DNA of 64,000 nt from Octopus sinensis (GCF_006345805.1 NC_043006.1:74214001-74278000), one strand, 5' to 3'; counted from the first letter of the stretch, positions 1 to 12,761 are shown. Made by a program: numbers and translations. The notes: generated by a model not told the origin, from the letters alone.

Positions 1-150
1 TCCCTGCTGTACTCTTTCACCACAAATTTCTCCCACTCTTACTTCCTGTTTCTGTTGTACATGTGGCTGTGGAGTGCTCAGCCACTTACACGTTAATTTC
101 ACGAGCAGGCTCTTCCGTTGATTCGGATCAACCGTAACCGACGGGGTGCT
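1..150 (+). mobile_element. SINE family C, 3' part (tail X), cut by the window edge
   Basis: Matches the body and tail of the copy at 15378 (ccctgctgtactctttcaccac...ctgtggagtgctcagccacttacacgttaat...gtaaccgacgg), with an internal deletion; followed by (TA)n. Confidence 0.8.
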
Positions 151-180
151 TCCATGCATATACATATGTATGTATGTATG

Positions 181-233
<53 letters not shown>

Positions 234-235
<2 letters not shown>

Positions 236-556
236 GGGGGGGACTCCCGTCGGTCACGACACTGACCATGGGATTGCACCTGAAAGTTACCCTCCCAGGC
301 ACAAGTCTGGGCAAGGTGGTTTATGGAAGACCAGCAGTCGCCCCTCTCCACGCCACCAGTGTTATCCAAGGGAAAGCAAAAGCCGATACAGCTTGGCCCC
401 CGTGACGTCGCAACTCATTTCTACAGCTGAGTGAACTGGAGCAACGTGAAATAAAGTGTCTTGCTCAAGAACACAACAAGCAGCCGGTCCGGGATTCGAG
501 CTCACAACTTCACGATCGTAAGTTCGACGCTCTAACTACTGAGCCATGCGCCTTCA
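234..556 (-). mobile_element. SINE family D (tRNA-like head, tail Z)
   Basis: Minus strand reads tgaaggcgcaTGGCTCAGTagttagagcg...GAGCTCGAATCC (Pol III A/B boxes), then gttgtgttcttgagcaagacactttatttcacg; near-identical copies at 2036, 3096, 15882 and 44820. Confidence 0.9.
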
Positions 557-582
557 TATATATATATATAATATATATATAA

Positions 583-644
<62 letters not shown>

Positions 645-740
645 TATATATATATATATGTAAGTATGTATGATATATGTATGTATGTATATATGTATAT
701 ATGTATGCATGTATATATGTATATATAGATATTTATATAG
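556..740. repeat. (TA)n / (TATG)n microsatellite, representative of dozens of such tracts
   Basis: Direct inspection. Similar tracts at about 160-233, 1710-2030, 4490-4790, 5130-5270, 21400-21610, 22270-22620, 46110-46950 and 63520-63720. Confidence 0.98.
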
Positions 741-1725
741 ATTTCGTTTTTTTTATTTGGTTTGCAAGAATCTTTATGTGAATTCGATTGTTGAAGCGTA
801 TTTTAATGCCTGGCTTTCTGAAAGATACGTTTAGCTTTCACTAGTGGAAGCAAAACTCTTATTTGAAGGTTGATTCTTTGCGAAGAATCATATGTGATTG
901 TTTAAAAAGGGCTTGAATGACAATGCTAAAACATATTTGAAACAATGGACAACCGTCAAAATATCATAATGGCTGGGTAAATAAGCATCCTTAAGTGAAA
1001 CATCACATTGGTAGATAAACAAAGGTATCAACAAACAGAAGAGAGGGAAGGGAACGTTACCTTTTAAGTAACTCAGAATACTTAAAGTTAAGCTTGCCAA
1101 AGTTTGATGCAGTTTAAATTTGGAGATTGTTTGGATATTCATCGCGTACATTATTCCTAGTCAATATAAACACCGTGACAGGTGGGCAGTCGAAATAAAT
1201 AAACAGAATCCTTTTACTTTTATAAAAAGAATAAAAAAAGTATAGAAGACCCTCCATACAAAAAACCTATGTCCATTTATGCGGGAGCTCTGGGCAAAAT
1301 GTTCAATGCATGATCATCCTTGGGACATAAGTAATGTGTGTGTAAAGTTTGGTGAAAATCGGTTGGGAATTGTAAAAATGTATGCGTTCAGTGTTTGTAG
1401 TCAATTTAATAATCGTCGCTGGTGGACAGAGGAAATAAATAAATAAAATCCTTTCACTTTTATTTAAAATCTTAAAAAGTATGGAGGAGCCTACAGATTA
1501 TGAAACAGCTAGTTAATGCAAATGAATCGGAATCACATGTTCTTGGGTTTCCCTCACTCTAGAGGCCCCAGTATCGACTTATTAAAAGCTAAGTAGCATA
1601 TGTTCGGGCCTGGCATATGAAGTGGTTGTGAATAAAATTTTAAAGAAATTGGATGAAAGATGCAGAAGTTCTGAGAGGCATATTAATTTTTTGTACACCC
1701 TCCACACACACGCACATACACACAA

Positions 1726-1757
<32 letters not shown>

Positions 1758-2035
1758 GCACAAAACTTCAATGTAATAGATATTAAATATATATGTATAT
1801 ATACACACACACATGTATATATATATATATACACACATGTATATATATATATATACATATAAATATGCACACGTATAAAAATAAGTACGTATATATACAT
1901 ATATATATATATATAATATATATACATATATATATGCACACATAAAAAAATATGTACATATATATACACATATATATGTATATATATACACACACACACA
2001 CATATATAAATATATATATATATATATATACATGC

Positions 2036-2372
2036 TGAGACTCCCTTCGGTCACGTCACAGACCATGGGATTGCACCTAGAAAGTTGCCCTCCAATGCAT
2101 AAGTCCGGCAAGGTTATTCGTAGAAGACCAGCAGTTGCTCATGCATATCGGTCTCCCTTCACCACGCCCCCAGTGATATCCAAGGGAAAGACAAAAGCCG
2201 ATACATCTTGGCACCTGTGAAGTCGCCACTCATTTCTAAAGCTGAGTAAACTGGAGCAACGTGAAATAAAGTGTCTTGCTCAAGAACACAACAGGCTGCC
2301 CGGTCAGGGATTCGAACTCACAAACTCACGATCGTAAGCTCGACGCTCTAACCATTGAGCCATGTGCCTTCA
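2036..2372 (-). mobile_element. SINE family D
   Basis: Same head and tail as 234-556; its duplicate is at 3096-3431. Confidence 0.9.
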
Positions 2373-2391
2373 CTATATATATATGTACACA

Positions 2392-2438
<47 letters not shown>

Positions 2439-2447
2439 GCGCAGGAG

Positions 2448-2836
2448 TGACTGTGTGGTAAGAAGTTTCTTCACAACCACATGGTCCCTGGTTCAGTCCC
2501 ACTGCGTGACACCTTGGGTAAGTGTTTTCTACTAAAACCTCCGGTTGACCAAGGCTGGATTGGTAGACGGAATAGAAAGTACCCCCTTCGTATATATGTG
2601 TGTGTATGTGTGCGGTGTATGTATGTATTTGCGTGTCTTTGTCACCCCACCATCGCTTGACAACAGATGTTGATGTGTTTACGTCCCCGTAAACAAGCGG
2701 GCTGGCGAAAGAGACCGATAGAATAAGTATCAGAACAAGTTGTGTGGGGCGATTTGTTTGACTTAACTAAAGGCGGTGCTCCAGCATGTCTACAGTCAAA
2801 TCCCTGAAACAGATAAAAGACTGAAAGAATAAAAGA
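2448..2836 (+). mobile_element. SINE family A (tRNA-like head, CORE-like segment, internal (TA)/(TG) tract)
   Basis: ggcgcaggagtgactgtgtggtaag...GGTTCAGTCCC, gacaccttgggtaagtg, tail taaaggcggtgctccagcatg...cagtcaaat; its duplicate is at 3499-3897. Confidence 0.9.
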
Positions 2837-2837
2837 T

Positions 2838-2874
<37 letters not shown>

Positions 2875-2963
2875 ATGTACGCGCGCGTGTATGTGTGCGC
2901 GCGTGTGTGTATGTATATATATATATATATATATGTATATATTTTATGTATATATATATATAT

Positions 2964-2999
<36 letters not shown>

Positions 3000-3000
3000 T

Positions 3001-3057
<57 letters not shown>

Positions 3058-3450
3058 TGTATATATATATATATAATATATATATATATACATGCTGAGA
3101 CTCCCTTCGGTCACGTCACAGACCATGGGATTGCACCTAGAAAGTTGCCCTCCAATGCATAAGTCCGGCAAGGTTATTCGTAGAAGACCAGCAGTTGCTC
3201 ATGCATATCGGTCTCCCTTCACCACGCCCCCAGTGATATCCAAGGGAAAGACAAAAGCCGATACATCTTGGCACCTGTGAAGTCGCCACTCATTCTAAAG
3301 CTGAGTAAACTGGAGCAACGTGAAATAAAGTGTCTTGCTCAAGAACACAACAGGCTGCCCGGTCAGGGATTCGAACTCACAAACTCACGATCGTAAGCTC
3401 GACGCTCTAACCATTGAGCCATGTGCCTTCACTATATATATATGTACACA

Positions 3451-3499
<49 letters not shown>

Positions 3500-3895
3500 G
3501 CGCAGGAGTGACTGTGTGGTAAGAAGTTTCTTCACAACCACATGGTCCCTGGTTCAGTCCCACTGCGTGACACCTTGGGTAAGTGTTTTCTACTAAAACC
3601 TCCGGTTGACCAAGGCTGGATTTGGTAGACGGAATAGAAAGTACCCCCTTCGTATATATGTGTGTGTATGTGTGCGTGTGTATGTATGTATTTGCGTGTC
3701 TTTGTCACCCCACCATCGCTTGACAACAGATGTTGATGTGTTTACGTCCCCGTAAACAAGCGGGCTGGCGAAAGAGACCGATAGAATAAGTATCAGAACA
3801 AGTTGTGTGGGGCGATTTGTTTGACTAAAGGCGGTGCTCCAGCATGTCTACAGTCAAATCCCTGAAACAGATAAAAGACTGAAAGAATAAAAGAT

Positions 3896-3932
<37 letters not shown>

Positions 3933-4017
3933 ATGTACGCGCGCGTGTATGTGTGCGCGCGTGTGTGTATGTATATATATATATATATATATGTATATAT
4001 TTTATGTATATATATAT

Positions 4018-4053
<36 letters not shown>

Positions 4054-4528
4054 CAACACACACATACACACATAACTAAAATGTCAACGATACTGTAACA
4101 AATACAAGATATATTACTATTATTGCTTGCATGCAATAATGTTGTTCAAACGCCATGAGAATCCTTAGAGCTCGTCTACGCTTTCAAGTTTCTTGTACCC
4201 GCCACATAAAAGTGTAGTATTTGAAGTGTAAAGAACTATTAACAATACACGGTATAGGGTTAACAGCAATAATGATAGAAATTGTTCCATGAATGTATAC
4301 ACATTACAAAGATTTTAAAAATAGAAATCAATAAAACTGCGAATGGTAAAAGTATAGAAGAAGTCAATGTCTACGAGGAAATTAGCATCACAAAGCGTGC
4401 AGCAGAGGAATAATAATTAATTTCAATATGTACAAAGGGCTGAATAGATCTGGAAAAGGGTGTCTATAGATAATGTCCTCCAATATGAATAAACACACAC
4501 GCACACATCTATATATATATGCAAAGAT

Positions 4529-4610
<82 letters not shown>

Positions 4611-4686
4611 ATTATATATACATATACATTATCTATCTATCCATTTGTCTATCTGTTTATCTATCTATCCATGTGACTATCTCTCT

Positions 4687-4784
<98 letters not shown>

Positions 4785-5206
4785 TTAGGGCAAATAATGT
4801 GTCTTTGAAAATGATTAAATTCAGTTCACTGTAGGTTATATAGGTTATATTTCTGCCCATTCCCAACAGCATTGTTCCGAATTAGAATACTGGACCAAAC
4901 AGGAATATATATGTCAAATATCTATTTATTAATGGTGAAATATATAACACATGCACACAAATGCATTCAGATAGATAGATAGATATATAGGTAGGTAGGA
5001 GGCGACAAACTGGTAGAAAAGAAGGAGCCTTGAAGAAAAATATTGGACTATAATTCATATTATAAATTGCAAGTACGTGAAAAGTAAAGTTGTTCCTAGA
5101 GGCTTTCTACGTGCTGCCACTTCACACACACACGCGCACACATACATAAACACACGCATTTATATATACCTATATATATATACTTATATATATATATATA
5201 CATACA

Positions 5207-5253
<47 letters not shown>

Positions 5254-5490
5254 ATATATATATATATAAAAAGGAAATGAAGAAAATGCTGACAAAATAA
5301 TTTAAGTAAGGGAGATTGTATTTAATTAGGTGAAAGTTCTTTTTACCGGTTGCGCATTTGTTATGCTTATCAAAAGATAGAGTTCCTTTCTGATTGATTT
5401 TTTTCATATATATATATATATATGTATGTGTACGTACGCACACATACATATACACTTACGCACACACACACATGCACACATATGCATGCA

Positions 5491-6092
5491 TATCAGGTCA
5501 TTAAGAATGGAATATCCGGTTTTCCTTTGCCCCAATTTTGACAGTCGTTAACTCTAATGTTTCTTTTCCCCCGACAATTCTTTGTTTTACAACATTGAAG
5601 AGTTACATCAACACTCTTCGAAATGCAATTCATGCTGTCTGATCATATTGTGAGTGTTCTCTTGTAAATCAATTTTTATGCACGCATGGAAAGATCGAAA
5701 ATTCGTGCTGTGTATGAATATGAGTTCCGTTGTGGGACCAGTGCATCCCAGGCAGCTCGAAACATCAATGGGATAGTTGGTGGATAAATGGCGATGGGAG
5801 CACTGTACGTCGATGGTTGGAGAAGTTCAAGTCTGGTGACTTTTCTCTTGAAAACCAACACCGTGGTAGACCTGAGACCAAGGTGGATAATGGCCTGGAA
5901 AGTATAGTGGAAGTAGATACATCTCAAACAACGCATAAGTTAGCAGCAACATTTGATGTTTCGATTCCAACTGTATTGGACCATCTGAAACAAACCGGCA
6001 AGGTAAAACAGTTGGATGAGTAGGTGCCACACAAAGTGAATAAGCATCAAATGACTCGTCATCTTGAAACTCGCTGTTCTTTGCTGTTCTTT
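5491..6092 (+). mobile_element. Mariner transposon 5' half (TIR plus decayed transposase N-terminus)
   Basis: Translation across frameshifts: MERSKIRAVYEYEFRCGTSASQAARNIN...STVRRWLEKFKSGDFSLENQHRGRP...DHLKQTGKVKQLDE*VPHK. This shows the mariner HTH/GRP region and a WVPHEL-like motif; it begins with TAtcagg. Confidence 0.85.
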
Positions 6093-6334
6093 TGTCGGAC
6101 GGAGCTGTAATGAAATGGAATTCCCCAACGTGCCGCACAGTAGGACTGAACCCAAGGCGACAAGATTGGAAAGCAAGCTTCTCAGCCACACAGCCATGCC
6201 TATAAATGAAATACATTTTGGATTATATACTCCTTGATACAATATGCTAAACAAAAAGATGGGTCGTTTAGGGCGAGAAGGCCTTTGATATTAATATTTA
6301 CTCGACCAACCCAACAACTAACAATGCTACACCA

Positions 6335-6625
6335 TACAGGGTGCTCCAGAATTAACTGTCTGTTTCAATGAAATTAAGCAAAAAAAAAAAAAAAAACAGC
6401 TGACAGAATTTGTGTTTATTAATTATGATACCAAAACAAAAAGATTTATATATATTACGTCAAACATTTATTGAACATTTTCAACATGTCTCTCTGCATA
6501 CTTCAAATCTATCTTTAGCGTTGTGAAACACATTTTGATCCATCTCAGAAGTTAGCTCCTGCACTACAAACTGAATGTGTTCTTTAAGCTCAGCTAAACA
6601 ATTGCTCCATCTTGGGAATGGAGGT
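6335..6625 (-). mobile_element. Tc1/mariner-superfamily 3' remnant
   Basis: Terminus TAcagggtg; the minus strand encodes LAELKEHIQFVVQELTSEMDQNVFHNAKDRFEVC, which resembles the C-terminus of Tc1-like transposases. Confidence 0.5.
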
Positions 6626-6919
6626 AAACAAAATGATTGCTGCCAAAATAGACAAAAAAAAGAGCAGTCCAACAGGAAAGAAAATAAAATTGTAAAAAAT
6701 ATAAAAATAAAATTATAAACAAAATTGAAATTTTAACACATATTAAACACGATAAACATGAAAATAAAAGGGAGTTTTATAAAATTATATATTAATCTCT
6801 ATTTTTGTAAGCAGTTGTATGTCTATATTTTCGTATGCAGTGTAAATAAACCAAACATAAGCAAATTAACTAAGTAGAAACACATGTACAAACTGCTAAT
6901 TTAACGGTAAATGCCACAA

Positions 6920-6972
<53 letters not shown>

Positions 6973-8294
6973 AACGCATGTATTAAATGTTAATTTAAGG
7001 GTTAACATGTGACTGTAAATAACTTGGAACTTTGCAGCTGCTGCGATAATCATTAATTGGTAATTGAACGGTAAATGTGTATTTTTTATATACGTTGGAC
7101 TTGCCACCTCATTGTCTTTTGTCAAGAGTTTCACCTCCAGCCGTTCATTATGTCAGTCAGCACACATATACTGACACACCATTCCGCTGTCGTAGCCGTA
7201 AAAGTGGAAAGTTGCCGATGCGTAATTTTGTTCACATTAGGATATAAGTTATTCATTTATTTTAAGTATTATAGAAATAAGATGATATTAGTATTATCAC
7301 ATTAGAATTAAAAGTGGAAGAATAAAAGTGAAACAATATTATAGTCTTATCACAAAATCAAAAGTGAAACGATAAAAGTGAAACAATATATCACGTTACA
7401 ATATGGATCTTATTTTTTCACTTTTGACACGTAATACCGAACCAGTCTAAAAGATTGCGCCGGATACGCATTTGGCAAGAAGTTGAAAATTTTCTTGGTT
7501 CATGACATTCCATGGGCCCAAAGTAATGCAATCTCAAATTTGAACGAAATGGGTTGGGTATTTCTCGAGTTTTAGGGATTCACACATACAGACAGACAGA
7601 TAGATAGACAGGCAGACTTACATTCTTAGTTTTATAAATATACATGAAATGAAACTGAAATTTAAATTGCACAACAAATAAACAGTATCTTCTTTTCTCG
7701 CTCTGAGACTGTATCCTATTCTCTATCACTTAAACCCTCTCACTCTGTTATGCTCCCTCTCACTTTCTCCCCCTCTCTCTTTCTTTCTCTCTCGCTGTTG
7801 CTAATTCCATTTGTCTTAAATCCATTCACGGTTATACTGAGGGTCAAGTGTGCGATGAGGTCTGGTTGTACGGAAGTAACACATGCTAAATTACTTAATA
7901 TTTTATTTTTATTAAAATATCATAAACCAGCATGGCTCGGTGGTTAGGAAACCCATTTTGCAACGACGTGGTTTTGGGCTCAGACCCTTTGCATTGCACT
8001 CTTGGCAACTATCTTCTTCTACAGTTCTGAACTTACTAATACTTAAGTTTGTGTGCGTGCGCGCGTGTATTTGTACTTTTATGTCTGTTTATTAAAACCC
8101 CTCCATCGCTTCACAACGAGTGGTTTGTTTAAGTCAGGTTAAATGAGCCGTTCGGCAAAGCAGAGGAGAAGAAAACGTCTACTGCGTTTGATTTGTTAGA
8201 CTAAGAGCCTTAAAGGCTGTGCCTTTAAGCACTCCCAGGACTGGAACAATTAAAAGGAACACCGGAGTTATACTAGAATCCCCGGCACACTTAT

Positions 8295-8546
8295 TCTTTT
8301 ATTCTTTTACTTGTTTTAGTTTATTTGACTGCGACCATGCTGGAGCACCGCCTTTAGTCAAACAAATCGAACTCAGGACTTATTCTTAGTAAGCCTAGTA
8401 CTTTTTCTATCGGGCTTTTTTGTCGAACAGCTACTTTACGAGGACGTAGACACACCAACATCGGTTGTGAAGCGATGGTGGCGGGACAAGCACACAAACA
8501 CACACACACATACACACACACATAAATGCATACATATATATATAAG

Positions 8547-8600
<54 letters not shown>

Positions 8601-8894
8601 CGTTAATATATTTGTTTTGCAAGATTCTTTACGTGAAATCGTGTGTTGAAACGGATATTACTGTATTTAGGAATGGTCATTTTGCCAGTTTAGCCAATAA
8701 AGGAGAGACACACATATAAGAAAGAAGAAAGCAAAGGACCACTGATGAGGTCGCAGGAGTGTGACGAAAGAACTATTGCCGAAATAAGATTAAAATTATT
8801 GTAAAAAACAAATAACGCTGAAGCAAAGTAACACCAAATATATAGTGCGTGTTTTTATTGGCTAAACTGGCAAAATGGCCATTTCTAAATACAA

Positions 8895-8932
<38 letters not shown>

Positions 8933-9012
8933 TGCTTCTTTCAGTTTTCGTCTTCGAAACCCATTCGCAAGGCTTTGGTCGACCCGGGGCTATAGTAGAA
9001 GGCACCTGCCCG
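8295..9012 (-). mobile_element. SINE family A, interrupted at its internal microsatellite by a fold-back element
   Basis: Tail at 8295-8580 and middle segment at 8925-9012, with an unrelated insert at 8601-8900. Confidence 0.7.
8601..8900 (+). mobile_element. Small PLE-like fold-back element with a hammerhead motif
   Basis: 46-bp inverted arms at 8655-8700 and 8855-8900; CTGATGA-G-GTCGCA(GGAG)TGTGAC-GAAA at 8742-8769; the terminus shares tttgcaagattcttta with copies at about 755, 28260 and 32550. Confidence 0.6.
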
Positions 9013-9014
9013 GA

Positions 9015-10760
9015 AACACGGGTAGCAAGCTTTTGTATTTCGTGAAAATTGGTCATAAAGGCCTTACATAGAAGGGATAGCACAAGGTGGGGACAAAAAA
9101 ATGAAAACAATTAATTAATACATTGAAAGATGAAATAAAGCCATTTGTGCCCACCTCCGAGTGACTTCATTGAACCTGTTAATACAACATTAAAAAAAAT
9201 TAGTCTACAACAGAAATATTCGCGAGAGCTATCATTGTGCGTTTTTAAAATATAAACACTTACTTTATTAGGTATTGAGCTGGTGTCCAGTTCCTTGACC
9301 CAGCACTTATAGTCACCGTTTTCCTCAAAGTCCTTTAATCTCAATATGTATGCTGGGTCTGTCACTACACAACGAAGGTACTCGGGCATCCCCTTTACTG
9401 ATACATCCAGCTTTATGATACTGTCTCACGAGTCTATTTCGTTATACACTTCTTCATTTTCCCCACTGTTCACTATAACACATTTTCCAAGGACGGGAGT
9501 GGGGAAATTGGAGTCTCCAAGGGCGGGGTAGAGTGGGTGTGGGTGGATGTGGGACGGGGGGTCGTCCTTTAAAGCGCGTGTCTTTTTCCTCTTCTCTTCT
9601 TCCGAGCTGTTTCCCATTCCTTGTCTATCTCCTCTTCTTCGACTCTGGTACTGGCCTTTATCTGTGGTGCCACTTCACTCTCCTTTTCTTCAACCTCCGC
9701 AGGTAGTGGAGTACCAGCCACATTCTCATTCTCTTGTTTTTCTTTAGACTTTTCTGGTGGTGGAGGGCGCTCCGTTCTAATGTGGCTTTTCAGGCCACAT
9801 TTATAACACCTTGGAATCCTTCCCTCCACTCTAACTTTCAAAGTTATCTTTCCAACTGTGATGTTCTCTACAATCTTTTTCTATGTCTCCCTCCGCCAAT
9901 TGTACCACCATATCAAGGGTTTGTCCCTGTCAGATCCTATGCGGTGTTCTGGTGACCTGTAAGACCACCACCTTCTCCTCCATTCCTAGCAGTACGGCAG
10001 CAACTAGTTAGTCTACATCGACCTCCGGGGGTATTTCCTCTATCCTAACTCTGGAAGCACGTCTGCCAAGGTAAACGGGCATAAGAACTACCTCATTCGT
10101 TTTCAGCGGTGTTGCTGAATGCAGCCTGGCGGTAGCTACGTCCCGAAACCGCACCTCCACTGTTCCAAATTTTCTACCTCTAGCGAGGTATGTAATTCCC
10201 TGCCAGATTGGTTTGAGTGCCTGCTCCATTTGAGCTGTTGACATAAGTTCGAACTTCCTGGCTGCTATCGAGTAAGTTCTATAAAATATAGTTTTCTCAT
10301 CATTCTCCTTTAACACTTCTTTTGGGGGAGGGACACTTTCACGTCGTTCTCCTTACTTTTAATATTTCCTTGAACTTGCTTAGCTCTTTCAGGTTTACTT
10401 CTTCAATTTCTTCTCTCGTCGCCGTTGCATAATTCTTCTTTTCTATAATCTTATCTATCTTGTTCAAGTAATTGACCAATTCCTCATCTGACGACATATA
10501 CTCGGAGAAAGGGCAGCCCTCAACGCTCGAGACAGAACAACTCAAACCCTCGCAACTTCTTGGTCTACGTCCCTCTATAGCACAAGAGGTAAAACGTCGC
10601 ACAGCCAAAAGAGAAAAAAAAACACGCACAGACACAAAACACGTCTTCTTCGCACAAAATCAAAAAACCAAATGAACTCTGGGTAACCGGAAGCAAACTT
10701 CCACATAGCCCTCCCCCTGTGCCTATTGTTTTTGTTTGTTTGTTTGTTTTTAGTACAAAG
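9015..10760 (-). mobile_element. Tx1/L1-like non-LTR retroelement: disrupted ORF1 only
   Basis: Minus-strand reading frames from ATG at 10497 to 9111, over about 3 frameshifts and 2 stops: ...YLARGRKFGTVEVRF...VYLGRRASRVRIEEIPPEVD...KVRVEGRIPRCYKCGLKSHIRTERP (degenerate CCHC knuckle)...KEWETARKKRR. No endonuclease or RT motifs follow. Confidence 0.7.
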
Positions 10761-11430
10761 CAAGTGATGGACTAGAATTTCTTTGGTACTAAACATGAAT
10801 TCTGCACGGTTAATGCTGAGGCACAGTCTCTTACACTCGAATATATAGATGGATAAGTTCAAGTGATAGGAGCTCAACTTGTTAATAAACCTCCAGTCTG
10901 TTATTTTTGGTAAATAGGGATGGATAGACTGTGTATGAGTTTCTACAGATGTATGAAGCCTTTCGTTTGGATAGTGACATTATATATTAAGGCTTATCTT
11001 AATGCTACAATGCGCTCAGTGGAAACGAAAACTATGATGCGAAATGCGTTGTTCGGTGAGTGATAAAGAAATTATTAAGTCTGCATTACTTCCCTATCGT
11101 ATATATTCAAACATGTTCTCCGCTTACTTGAACGTGAACCTTGCGAGAATTAGACTAAGATGCATCGAGTCACTTGAAGTAGGGATTCATCGTGCTGCTA
11201 AAGGATATGAAGACTTCGTTGATACACGAAGGCCGCGAAGTACGTTGTTAAAGATTGTAGGTAAAAAGCAAGCTAAACAGACTTGCGCTTCTACTTAATA
11301 GACAAGTTGAATCTATAGGAATTTAAAAGATTCTGAGTTGTATCGGGAAAATTTGTCATGTGACAGACGGTTTGAGACGGGCAAGGCGTTGACTTTCTGA
11401 GGTGAGTATTATTGAGATATTGAGTACATA

Positions 11431-11603
11431 GGCGCAGGAGTGGGTGTGTGGTAAGTAGCTTGCTTACCAACGACACGGTTCCGGGTTCAGTCCCAGAGCG
11501 TGGCACCTTGGGCATCTTCTACAATAGCCTCGGGCCAGCCAAAGCCTTGTGAGTGGATTTAGTAAACGGAAACTGATAGAAACCCGTCGTATATATGTAT
11601 GTG

Positions 11604-11655
<52 letters not shown>

Positions 11656-11690
11656 TGTGTGTATATATTTGTGTGTCTGAGTTTGTGACG
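11431..11690 (+). mobile_element. SINE family A, 3'-truncated
   Basis: Head ggcgcaggagtgggtgtgtggtaagtagc through to the internal microsatellite. Confidence 0.85.
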
Positions 11691-11782
11691 TGATCAGGCT
11701 CAAACTTTGATCACATGACCACAATAGTACCAACTATAAGCACGCATGCGCAGAAGGTAGTTTGGGAATAATAAAGATATGT

Positions 11783-11980
11783 TACATTATTTACATTTGT
11801 CCTCATCTTGTTTGCTGTTAACACAACGTTTCGGCTGATATACCCTCCAGCCTTCATCAGATGTCTTGGGGAAATTTCGAAACTGGGTTCTTATTCCTAA
11901 GGTATTTTTCGATGTTGTTATTATTATTATTATTATTACTATTCAGGTCACTGCCTGGAATCGAACTTGGAATCTTGGGA
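11783..11980 (-). mobile_element. SINE family E (5'-damaged) carrying an intact hammerhead motif
   Basis: B-box AAGTTCGATTCC, (TAA)n spacer and body shared with 34222-34468. Confidence 0.8.
11820..11865 (-). ncRNA. Minimal type-I hammerhead ribozyme (Penelope type)
   Basis: GACAT-CTGATGA-A-GGCTG(GAGGGTATAT)CAGCC-GAAA-CGT-T-GTGTT: complete core, 5-bp stem II, palindromic ACGT stem III, GUU cleavage triplet and a 5-bp stem I. Confidence 0.75.
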
Positions 11981-12204
11981 ATCGCACAAAATCTTGGAAT
12001 CGCACAAAATGTTTAGCGGCATTGGTAGCATCTCTTTACATCCTAATGTCCTTTACACACATGCGCGCATGCATTATATATATATATAAACAAGAAAGAG
12101 AGGCCATGTGATTTATAACTCTGCCGATAATTTACAATTCGGAAATGTGATATTATGTTCAACTGTCTATATACACTGGTCTCTTGACATTTTGTGAAAT
12201 ATAA

Positions 12205-12760
12205 CTATTCGAGTCTGATCAACAAGTACCCGGACTGTTGCCATAGTAACGAAGCTAAAGCACGCAGAATGAAGCTGCTTAGTAAAACTTGACCTTAAAC
12301 TCTGCCATGCATGCGCGCTAAGTTTTAACGTCCTTGCTTACTTCCACTGTTTACAACAGTGCTTGGAGTAAAGATGTGTAGAGTTTAATCGTCGCATTGA
12401 CCATGACATAGAAAGTTGTCATAGTGATACCTGCTCAGAGATCTACGTAATGTTGCAGAATGTTTATGGAGAGCAGAGTATGAGTGGCACCGAAGTGTAC
12501 GAGACGTTGCCAATCATCGCAGATATGCGTGCGGCTCTGAGGGGAACTCGTCGAATCGCCATCCGCGAGTTATCAGATGATATGCAGCTTAGTTACAGTT
12601 CAGTTCAGTCGATTATCACTGAAGATTTGGTTGTGAGACGCGTGTCTGTCAAGTTTCTGCGAAAACTGCTTTCAAATGACCAAACAGACACTCGGGTTTC
12701 TGTTGCACAAGATCTCCCTGACTGTGTCGAGAACGATGAAAACTTTTAGAAAACTTTACG
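12205..12760 (+). mobile_element. Mariner 5' remnant with internal deletions
   Basis: TIR-like tctgatcaacaagtacccggact; translation MLQNVYGEQSMSGTEVYE...RRIAIRELSDDMQLSYSSVQSIITEDLVVRRVSVKFLRKLL (HTH region and WVPKLL-like motif). Confidence 0.75.
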
Positions 12761-12761
12761 T

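Larger units (their letters stand above)
1989..4060 (+). repeat. Near-perfect ~1.06 kb tandem duplication (SINE D + SINE A + microsatellites)
   Basis: catgctgagactccc occurs at 2031 and 3091 (period 1060); the two units differ only by a few small indels and tract lengths. Confidence 0.95.

Noticed and set aside
2031-3431. Repeat-spacer appearance of the duplicated block (CRISPR-like)
   Set aside because: Eukaryotic context, kilobase-scale units, no short regular repeats and no cas genes.
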